This document shows positions 1-7,581 of a stretch of 64,000 nt of DNA, one piece after another. A program made the translations under genes and the position numbers. Location of the stretch: the NCBI GenBank assembly GCA_963712385.1, contig CAVQHS010000009.1:603146-667145 (forward strand). Direction: 5' to 3'. The notes under the pieces were generated by a model. That model ran no database searches. It was given only the letters and a program-made list of their open reading frames with translations, and had not been told where the DNA came from. The DNA comes from an uncultured Acidobacteriaceae bacterium. GTDB taxonomy: Bacteria; Acidobacteriota; Terriglobia; Terriglobales; Acidobacteriaceae. Each line of letters starts with the position of its first letter. The stretch's first letter is position 1.

Positions 1-1
1 A

Positions 2-1100
2 ATTTGTAAGGCTGATCCCGCCGTTCTTCCGTTTTTCCAGAGCTACACCAACGATCTTTTTGCCGTGGGAATCGATGCGGTCTCCGCGATCGCCTGCTAC
101 AAGAATCCTGACGATTACGGCGCATACCAATATGCCGGTTTCGACGGTATGCAATTGGGTGGAGACGATGAAGAAGAGGAACCTTATATCTTTCACTTTC
201 CCGACGGCAATGCGTCGATTGCGCGTTTGCTGGTGCGCAGCCTCATTCCGGAAGCCGTTCCCGGCCACACTATGGAGGACGTGGTTACTGCACAAGCCGA
301 CTACAGCAAGCTCGATCGATCAACGTTTCCAATCCGCATTCGTCTGAACGCAACCGCAGTTCGCGCGCGTCACTCCGCGCCAATCGGGGACGCGAAAGAG
401 GTGGAAGTTTCCTACGTTCAAGAGGGAAAACTCAAAAGTGTAAAGGCGAAGTCCTGCATTCTGGCATGTTACAACTGCATGGTTCCCTATCTGTGTCCGG
501 AACTTCCCGAAAAACAAAAAGAAGCTCTGCACTACTGCGTTAAGGAACCATTCATCTACACGCACGTCGCCATCCGTAATTGGACAGCATTCCACAAACT
601 CGGAATTCGACAAATCATGTCGCCCGGAAGCTACCACACCTTCACCATGCTCGATTTCCCGGTCTGCCTGGGGACGTATCAGTTTCCCAGCGATCCGCAG
701 GATCCGATGGTTCTCTTCATGTTGCGAACTCCATGCCAGCCGGGCCTCCCGCGCCGCGACCAGTACCGCATGGGTCGGGCGGAACTCATCGGCACGCCGT
801 TTTCTGAGTTCGAGACAAAATATCCGCGAACAGTTGAATCGTATGCTCTCTTCCGTTGGATTCGATTCCGCCCGCGACATTGCCGCGATCACTGTGAACC
901 GCTGGGCACACGGTTACGCCTACGAATACGATCCGTTGTCCGATCCGGAGTGGAAGCCGGAAGATCGCCCGTGCGTGATCGGCAGAAAACAATTTGGACA
1001 AATCTCCATTGCGAATGCCGACGCCGGCGCCAGCGCCTACACGAATGTCGCGATCGATCAAGCCTATCGCGCAGTACAGGAACAACTGAAACGTGCATAA
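2..1100 (+). pseudogene. FAD/NAD(P)-dependent oxidoreductase, spermidine-dehydrogenase-like; 5' end cut by the window edge and split by a 1-nt frameshift
   Basis: The frame of ORF 65..1156 is open back to nt 2. It reads sensibly to ...GTPFSEFETK (about nt 820), then becomes Arg/Cys-rich nonsense. The sensible continuation NIREQLNRMLSSVGFDSARDIAAITVNRWAHGYAYEYDPL...DQAYRAVQEQLKRA* is in the frame of ORF 834..1100. The shift lies within acaaaatatcc (816-824). Confidence 0.7.
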
Positions 1101-1130
1101 TCGAGGAGAGGTTCTTTCTCCGGAGCCATA

Positions 1131-2409
1131 TTGTTGAAAAAGCCAACCTGCCCTAACTTTCTACGAGGCAGTGTCGCCCCGTCCATTACGCGCCGCGATT
1201 TTCTCGGTTCCACCTTGCTTGCGTCGGGAGCAGTACTGCTCAGGAGCGACGAGTTGCGGCGCGCCGAGCGGCAACACCATCACCTGCACGGCCAGCTACA
1301 CGCCGACGACGGCGGACGTACCGGGCTTCTACACCGAGTCTGCGACGTTCTCCGGCGACGCGAACTACGCAGGTTCCAGCAGTCCGCAAACCAACAACTT
1401 CACCATCACCGACGCCACTTCATCCACGAGCGTGAGCTCGAACCTGAATCCCTCGACCTACGGCCAGTCGATGACGTTTACCGCCACCATTACCGGCGAG
1501 TACGGCGAGGTGAAGGGCGCAACGCGCAGGAACGCGCGCATGCTGAAGCCGCAGAATATCGGCGGCTCGGTGACGTGGAGCTCGAACACCGGCTGCGGCA
1601 CGACTCCGGTGACTGGCCCTATCCGGGAACGGCAACATGCGTTACCACGAGCCTGAACGGGGGCACCGACACGATCACCACCAACTACTCGGGTGATAGC
1701 AACCGCTCGAGCAGCAGCGGCACGTTGAGCGGCGGCCAGGTTGTCAATAAGGCCAGCCAAATGATCACGTTCACGACCGCGCCGCCTTCGAGCGCGGGCT
1801 ATTACGCCGCAGCGCCGGAGCTAACCCCAACGGTCAATGCGACCAAGGGCACTCCGGTCATTAACTGGCCGACGCCTGCGTCAATTAACTACGGCAGGGC
1901 GCTAAGCAGCACGCAACTCGACGCGACGGCGACGAGCGGGACTGGTAGCTCGATCACGGGTACGTACAAGTACACGCCGACCAGCGGCCACTTCCTCAAT
2001 GCCGGCGCGCAAACCCTATCGGTGACGTTCACGCCGACGGGGATGGCCAAGAACGACTTCACCACAGCGACGGCGAGTGTGATGCTGCAGGTGAATCAGG
2101 CCACAACCGCAACCACAATCACGTCCTCGGATCAAACTGTCACACTCAACAAGGCGGGCACTGCGGGGCAACGGTGGACTTCAACGTGAGCTCCTACAAA
2201 CCCACTGGCTCTGTGACGTTGACGGCCAGCACGGGCGAAACCTGCACGGGAGTAGTCGATGAGGCCGCGGGCGACGGTCACTGCAAGCTGACGTTCATGA
2301 CGACCGGAACGCGGACCATCACGGCCGGCTATCCGGAGACGGCAACCACACCGCCAGCAACTCGGATTCGCAGACACCGCCCGTCACGGTGACCGTGGAT
2401 CCCTACTAA
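1131..2409 (+). pseudogene. Twin-arginine signal fragment joined to remnants of an Ig-like-domain repeat surface protein; at least 4 frame changes
   Basis: SITRRDFLGSTLLASGAVLL (Tat-type leader) runs in one frame to about 1245. Ig-like repeat text (NTITCTASYTPTTADVPGFYTESATFSGDANYAGSS..., SVTWSSNTGCGTTPVTG, TATCVTTSLNGGTDTITTNYSGDSN, VDFNVSSYKPTGSVTLTAS, GDGNHTASNSDSQTPPVTVTVDPY*) then hops frames near 1245, 1618, 2165 and 2335. Confidence 0.6.
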
Positions 2410-2453
2410 CCCGCTCCGGTTTTAAGAGCGAATACAAACAGTGAAATAAGAGA

Positions 2454-2480
2454 AGCGGCTCGGCAACGAGCCGCTTTTTT
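2454..2480 (+). terminator. Rho-independent terminator-like hairpin
   Basis: agcggctcg-gcaa-cgagccgct is a 9-bp perfect stem followed by tttttt. It sits between the convergent 3' ends of the Ig-like remnant and the HD-GYP gene. Confidence 0.7.
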
Positions 2481-2548
2481 GTGCAAGCACACTTTGCTCC
2501 GGGTGACCTTGCCGTACTCTGCAATATAGACAGACTCGGAGGACCAAA

Positions 2549-3802
2549 TTATGTAAGGTAAGTTTTTCCGTGGGAGACTTTGTGTTGCAGCGTTGCCGCG
2601 AGTTGGTCGACATCGGTGGGCGCGATGTTCACGGCCATGTGATCGGCAAGCAGCGGAACGCGATTGCTCCCGACAGCATCCCGCCGCACTTGAATCAGCA
2701 GCGCCTGCACCACACTCGGATCGTATTTCTGCGGAGTCATGCGCACCAAATCGCTCAATGCCCCGCCAAGCGAGAGCGGTTCGCGGTAAGGGCGCGCGCT
2801 GGTCATGGCGTCGAAAGTATCGGCGAGCGCCATGATGCGGACGGGAACCGGCAAGTCATTGCCCGCCAGCGCATCGGGATATCCGGACCCGTCGCTGCGC
2901 TCGTGATGCCAGCGGACGCACTCATGAATCTTGGGCCAGGGAAACTGCACGCTGCTAACGATCTGATGGCCGACCACGGTGTGATCTGCGACCTCACGGA
3001 ACTCTTCGGGACTGAGCGCCGCGGGTTTGCTGAATAAACGACGGTCGACCGCCACTTTGCCGATGTCGTGCAGATATCCGGCGCTGCGCAGAGCGGCGAC
3101 TTCGCCAGCCTCTATGCCCATCGCTTCACCAATCGCGGCCGCATATCGGCCTACGCGCAGAGAATGACCGTGTATGTTGACGTCCTTTACGTCGATCGCG
3201 GTTGCGAAGGCTTCCAGGGCAGTGTCGTAGAAGCCGTGCAGCGAGGCCATAAGCCGAAGATTTTCCGAAACCCGCTGTGCCAGCGTCTGCGTTAATGCGT
3301 GGTTGTGAACGGCCAGACCGATGTAGTTGCACAACAACTCCACGGCATCGAGTTCGGCTTCCAGATAAGGTGCGTCGGCCGGACGTCGCCCGAGGGCGAT
3401 GACGCCTGCCAGTTTGCCGGCTGACTTGAGCGGGGCGACGCATTTGAACAATTCCGGAGCGACATTGCCATTGGAACTGAGAAATACCGAATACGTGGAC
3501 GCGTTCAAAACGATCGGCCCGCGCGCTGCGCTGAGCGCGTGCACATGTTTTGGCAGAAGAGGGACGAAGGCCGGCTCCGGAAGCATGGCGAAGCCCTCGG
3601 CTGCGACCGAGGTGAGCATTGTGGGCTTCTCATTAAAAACAAAAAGCGCACCTTCGCGTGCGCCCGCAGCTTCCATGACAGCGGAGAGCATGCGCCGCGA
3701 AGTTTCGACGAATTCGCGCTCGCCCGTCAGCTCCGGCCCAAGGTCGGAAAGAGCTTCGACGGTGCGCAACAGCCTGCGGAAATTGTTGGTCTCCACGGCC
3801 AA
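2549..3802 (-). CDS. GAF-domain HD-GYP protein (probable c-di-GMP phosphodiesterase)
   Basis: 417-aa ORF with HD-GYP motifs: HGHSLRVGRYAAAIG, YLHDIGKVAV, HHERSDGSGYPDAL. The N-terminal ~190 aa are GAF-like. Apparent TTG start. Confidence 0.85.
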   Translation of the reverse strand: MAVETNNFRRLLRTVEALSDLGPELTGEREFVETSRRMLSAVMEAAGAREGALFVFNEKPTMLTSVAAEGFAMLPEPAFVPLLPKHVHALSAARGPIVLNASTYSVFLSSNGNVAPELFKCVAPLKSAGKLAGVIALGRRPADAPYLEAELDAVELLCNYIGLAVHNHALTQTLAQRVSENLRLMASLHGFYDTALEAFATAIDVKDVNIHGHSLRVGRYAAAIGEAMGIEAGEVAALRSAGYLHDIGKVAVDRRLFSKPAALSPEEFREVADHTVVGHQIVSSVQFPWPKIHECVRWHHERSDGSGYPDALAGNDLPVPVRIMALADTFDAMTSARPYREPLSLGGALSDLVRMTPQKYDPSVVQALLIQVRRDAVGSNRVPLLADHMAVNIAPTDVDQLAATLQHKVSHGKTYLT

Positions 3803-3938
3803 GACGAGTGGTGCGAGAGCCTGAGCAAGTCGAGCGTAACATGCACGCTTTGCCTATAGCGCAAAGCTTTGTTGGTTAGTTTGGTGCTGATGCATGCGGC
3901 AGGTAACACCTGTGGTTCTGATGCTTCCGGGCAATTGC

Positions 3939-4655
3939 CTAGAAGTGTTGGCGCAGGTCTGCGAAACGCTGCACCGTGAGCAAACGCTGTGGCGGCGTGG
4001 CTGTGTCCACTTCGGCGTGTTCGAGAACCCAGGTATCACCATGCGGGATGAAGACAGCGTTTAATCCGGTGGCGAGCGCAGGATTAATGTCGGATTTCGG
4101 GCTGTTGCCGATCATCCACGTGGAGTCGTGCGTCAATTCATATTTTTCGACGATGGCTTCGTAGGCGGCCGTATCTTTTTCAGCGACGATTTCGCTGGCA
4201 GCAAAATACTCCTTCAACCCGGAGCGCTCGATTTTTCCTGTCTGTTCAACGAACGCGCCTTTGGTCACGAGAATCAGGTGATGGCGGTCGGAGAGATATT
4301 GCAAGGTTGCTGGAACTTCAGGCAAGAGTTCCACAGGATGATCGGCAATCGTGTGGGCAAAGCTGTTGATCTTGGCATGCAGTTCGGGAGTGACCGGCTC
4401 GACGCTGAGGCGTTCGAAGGTGTTCACGAGTGCGTGGGCAAAGCTGTGCAGGCCATAACCGTGCTTGACGATGCATTCGCGCTCAACATCGTTTAGAACG
4501 CCGCGTATCTGTTGCGCAGAATACTCGCGATGATTCAGAAACGAGATGAAGCGAGCGATGGCCCGCTCGAAGTAGATGTTGTTCTCCCAGAGCGTATCGT
4601 CGGCGTCGATGAGGAGGGTCTGGGACTCATACGAATTGGGTCGCGGATCAGTCAC
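3939..4655 (-). CDS. HAD-superfamily hydrolase
   Basis: 238 aa. Motif I LLIDADDTLWENN, LILVTKG, and WMIGNSPKSDI near the C-terminus. The GTG start overlaps the stop of the upstream ORF by 8 nt. Confidence 0.75.
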   Translation of the reverse strand: MTDPRPNSYESQTLLIDADDTLWENNIYFERAIARFISFLNHREYSAQQIRGVLNDVERECIVKHGYGLHSFAHALVNTFERLSVEPVTPELHAKINSFAHTIADHPVELLPEVPATLQYLSDRHHLILVTKGAFVEQTGKIERSGLKEYFAASEIVAEKDTAAYEAIVEKYELTHDSTWMIGNSPKSDINPALATGLNAVFIPHGDTWVLEHAEVDTATPPQRLLTVQRFADLRQHF

Positions 4656-5205
4656 AGTTCCACATAAGAGCCTTAAAGAATTCCATCAATTGGAAACCCA
4701 CATAGTCTTGCCGCCTTTGATCACGATAGTAGCAGTTCCAGTAGCTGGCAACGTGCTGTTCGGTCGTGACGAAGAATGATGGATTTTCTCGTAGAAAGCT
4801 TGCGTAAACTGACTTGTCCAGGCGTGGCAGGTTCTGTTGTATTGCCTGAAGTATCTCGATCACGTATTCGCCGGCAAGCTTAATGACGAACGGGGGAATC
4901 CATGCGTTTGCCGAATGGACGATCCTCTCCAGGTAATATTGGCGAACGAAGCCATCGGAGTGTCTGGTCATCAGGCAGTCAACAAATTCCGTTTGCTTGT
5001 CAGTCAGCCCCTTCGATTGGATCGCCTTGGGATCGTTCCAAAGGCGATTCGGCAGCGTGACGGTCTCAGTGCCGATTCGCACAGAGAAGCTCTGTCCAAG
5101 AAGTCTGGTTGCTGGAAACTGCGAGAGGGCGATAGAGGCGTCGGCTCTCGTCGCAACAGGAAAAGCCTGGGTCAATTCCGCTATGTTCAGATACTCGGTT
5201 GCCAT
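4648..5205 (-). CDS. Hypothetical protein with no recognisable family
   Basis: Long ORF 4648..5232. ATG at 5205 (MATEYLNIAEL...) is preferred because it clears the upstream gene's stop at 5220. Tightly packed in the bioY-to-HAD gene string and visibly more AT-rich than its neighbours. Confidence 0.55.
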   Translation of the reverse strand: MATEYLNIAELTQAFPVATRADASIALSQFPATRLLGQSFSVRIGTETVTLPNRLWNDPKAIQSKGLTDKQTEFVDCLMTRHSDGFVRQYYLERIVHSANAWIPPFVIKLAGEYVIEILQAIQQNLPRLDKSVYASFLRENPSFFVTTEQHVASYWNCYYRDQRRQDYVGFQLMEFFKALMWNCD

Positions 5206-5219
5206 CGACCCGCTTGTCG

Positions 5220-6116
5220 TTAGTCCACCCAATCCACGCGCGCTCCCGGGCCGATGACTCCGGCCTTGTGACCCATATCCAGCAGGCGTGTCACCGCTTC
5301 GCGTCCATCAGGGCCGTATTCGAGGGTTCGCTCATTCACGTACATCCCAACAAATCTGTCGGCGGTCGGAGTATCGAGATCGCGAGCGAATTGCATGGCG
5401 TAGGACAGAGCTTCTTCGCGATGATCGAGCGCGTACTGAATGCTGTCGCGAAGCGCGCCGGTGACAGCGGACATCAAGTCATGACCAAGAGCGCGTCGAA
5501 TCGCATTTCCTCCCAGCGGCAAAGGCAAACCAGTCATTTTTTGCCACCAGCGTCCGAGATCGACGATCCGATGCAATCCAGCCTTATCGTAGGTCAGTTG
5601 GCCTTCATGGATGATCAGTCCCGCTTCGAATTTGCCCTCCAGCACCTGAGGAATAATCTGATCGAAGGGAACGACCTCCGTTTCCACGGCCGGAGCGAAA
5701 AGTTTCAGCGCCAGATATGCAGTGGTAAGCGTGCCCGGAACCGCGATTCGCTTTTCTTTGATTTCGCTCTGTGTGAACGGGCGCGGCGAAACGACCATCG
5801 GTCCGTAACCCTCGCCCACGCTGCCTCCGCATGACATCAGTGCGTATAGCTCTTGGATATAAGGATAGGCATGAAACGAGATCGCGGTTACGTCGTAGAC
5901 GCCCTCCCGCGCTTTCTGATTCAAGGTTTCGATATCGCACAACGTATGTGTGAAGCGCAGGCCCGGCACGCGTACTTTGTTCGTGGCCAGCCCATAAAAC
6001 ATGAATGCATCGTCGGAGTCGGGGCTGTGGGCGATGGAAATCTCGCGCAGTCCGGACTCGTTCGGCCGAGATTGTTTTACCTCTTGCTCGGAAACTACAG
6101 TCATCATCCACTCCAA
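5220..6116 (-). CDS. MqnA/MqnD-family menaquinone (futalosine pathway) protein, possibly 1,4-dihydroxy-6-naphthoate synthase
   Basis: 298 aa. [21 protein letters not shown] and the periplasmic-binding-protein-like layout are typical of the VitK2-biosynthesis (MqnA/MqnD) family. The start is uncertain: TTG 6116, or ATG 6107/6104. Confidence 0.6.
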   Translation of the reverse strand: MEWMMTVVSEQEVKQSRPNESGLREISIAHSPDSDDAFMFYGLATNKVRVPGLRFTHTLCDIETLNQKAREGVYDVTAISFHAYPYIQELYALMSCGGSVGEGYGPMVVSPRPFTQSEIKEKRIAVPGTLTTAYLALKLFAPAVETEVVPFDQIIPQVLEGKFEAGLIIHEGQLTYDKAGLHRIVDLGRWWQKMTGLPLPLGGNAIRRALGHDLMSAVTGALRDSIQYALDHREEALSYAMQFARDLDTPTADRFVGMYVNERTLEYGPDGREAVTRLLDMGHKAGVIGPGARVDWVD

Positions 6117-6737
6117 CTAACTTTGTAATCCCTGGTGGTGCTCCGCCGCATTGCGCGGCCAGCGCGTGGCTATTCCGGCAGCCATCATCACTTTGATTAC
6201 TTCCGCGAACAGAAACCAGTAAAGCCCCCAGCGGAACGCCTGGGCGATCGAATGAGTGAGAATCGCGAGCCAACTTAAGCCGCCGATGAAAAGTACGATT
6301 TCGCCGAGAAGTCCGGCGGCGGCTGCGCGAGCGAAGCTTCTCCGGCCGCGTTCCATCACATATCCCGCCAGCCATGCGACAAACGGGTAGGCCAGTAAGA
6401 AGCCTCCCGTGGGCCCGAACAACTGGGCGACTCCCCCGGGGCCTATGGGATTGAAGACGGGCATTCCGAAGGCACCCTCCGCAAGGTACAGCGCGAGCAC
6501 CGCGAAACCTGCCCGGCTGCCGAGAACCAGGCCCACTAGAAGGACCGCGAAGTTTTGAACCGTGAGCGGCACCGGCGTGAAGGGCAAAGGAATGGTTATG
6601 CGTGCGCAGAGCGCGATGAACAACGTGGCGCCGATAAGCACGGCAAGATTTCGCACAGCAGCGGAGCTACCGCTCCGCTGAACACTGACCGCATCCGCCG
6701 CCTTTTGCATGAAAGTCTCCCTGTATCCTTCTGCCAT
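6117..6737 (-). CDS. bioY: Biotin transporter BioY (ECF S-component)
   Basis: 206-aa polytopic membrane protein. ARITIPLPFTPVPLTVQNFAVLLVGLVLGSRAG...GMPVF is characteristic of BioY. Confidence 0.85.
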   Translation of the reverse strand: MAEGYRETFMQKAADAVSVQRSGSSAAVRNLAVLIGATLFIALCARITIPLPFTPVPLTVQNFAVLLVGLVLGSRAGFAVLALYLAEGAFGMPVFNPIGPGGVAQLFGPTGGFLLAYPFVAWLAGYVMERGRRSFARAAAAGLLGEIVLFIGGLSWLAILTHSIAQAFRWGLYWFLFAEVIKVMMAAGIATRWPRNAAEHHQGLQS

Positions 6738-6898
6738 TACAACTCGATGCTTCCCGATTGCCGTTCCATCTCGCTGGAATTAGCTTTCTGCGCGGCGTGG
6801 GTGGTCTGCAAATGGCGTCGTAGCCGGACGTATAGCGCGATGGCAACACACACTACCGCGAGGGTACTGATACCCAGGATCAGGAACCACCAAATCAT
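6737..6898 (-). CDS. Small (53 aa) single-pass membrane protein, below the ORF-track cutoff
   Basis: Hand translation: ATG 6898 MIWWFLILGISTLAVVCVAIALYVRLRRHLQTTHAAQKANSSEMERQSGSIEL TAA 6737. The stop overlaps the bioY ATG (TAATG). It has one clear TM helix followed by basic residues. No strong RBS. Confidence 0.4.
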   Translation of the reverse strand: MIWWFLILGISTLAVVCVAIALYVRLRRHLQTTHAAQKANSSEMERQSGSIEL

Positions 6899-6995
6899 CC
6901 GCACAGCCGATTAGGATATCAGATGAGCCGGCAACAGCCGAGAATTCGGCCCGACGGATGGCAACTCCGGGCAACCAAGACGCGGACGCAGTCGA

Positions 6996-7457
6996 TCAGC
7001 TGGCCTTGGCCGCGGCCCGTGTCTCGCGCAGAGCTTCGACGCGCTTCAAGGTCCACTTCAGTCTTTCCCGCCCGTATTTCGTGCTGTTGATGACTTTTTC
7101 AATATTGCCAAAAATTTCCGCATCATTCAGCTTTTCACGGATTTCCTTAAGAAAAGGATGGAGTTTTGCAAAGAGGAAGTACATTTCTCCGCTGACAGCG
7201 GGCTGGAGGAACAGATCTGCATTGAGCGCGCCGCTGAGCGCGAACGAAGCAGCCATGCTCCAGTAACCGCCCACTTGGCGCAGCCAGTTATTTTCCTGCG
7301 CGCCCAAGTTGGAGGCGATCTGAATGAAGTCGTCCGCGCTGGCTGGCCAAAACTGCGTGAGCCACCAACTGCGCGCCTTGCGCATTTCAGGCTCGCGCCG
7401 CAGATCGTAGAGATGAAGAATCAACTGTGCATCCATAGGAGTGGGCTTTTTTGCCAT
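6996..7457 (-). CDS. Hypothetical protein (153 aa)
   Basis: Clean ORF with ordinary residue composition (MAKKPTPMDAQLILHLYDLRREPEMRKARSWW...). No family recognised. Confidence 0.55.
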   Translation of the reverse strand: MAKKPTPMDAQLILHLYDLRREPEMRKARSWWLTQFWPASADDFIQIASNLGAQENNWLRQVGGYWSMAASFALSGALNADLFLQPAVSGEMYFLFAKLHPFLKEIREKLNDAEIFGNIEKVINSTKYGRERLKWTLKRVEALRETRAAAKAS

Positions 7458-7486
7458 GAAAACACCTCACATTAGATTAAGTTATT

Positions 7487-7575
7487 GCGAAATTGAGTAA
7501 TTGAGAAATTGTAGAGCGGCTCACGCGAACCTGTTTCTTTAAAATTGCCAATCACCAAATTTCCCAATTATTCAG
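7487..7575. repeat. AT-rich AATTG-word imperfect inverted repeat (8-nt periodic arms)
   Basis: Left arm gcgaaatt|gagtaatt|gagaaatt. Right arm aaaattgc|caatcacc|aaatttcc|caattatt. The reverse complement of the right-arm 12-mer aatttcccaatt matches the left arm at 11/12. The same 12-mer recurs at 22133..22144. Confidence 0.65.
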
Positions 7576-7581
7576 TGACTG

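Noticed and set aside
7487-7575. Possibility that the periodic arrays (also 10151, 22062, 60734, 62891) are CRISPR arrays or iterons
   Set aside because: The repeat unit is only 7-8 nt with no unique spacers, there are 3-5 degenerate copies, and no cas or rep genes are present. The arrays are paired as inverted arms at gene 3' ends, which fits structured terminator/REP-like elements.
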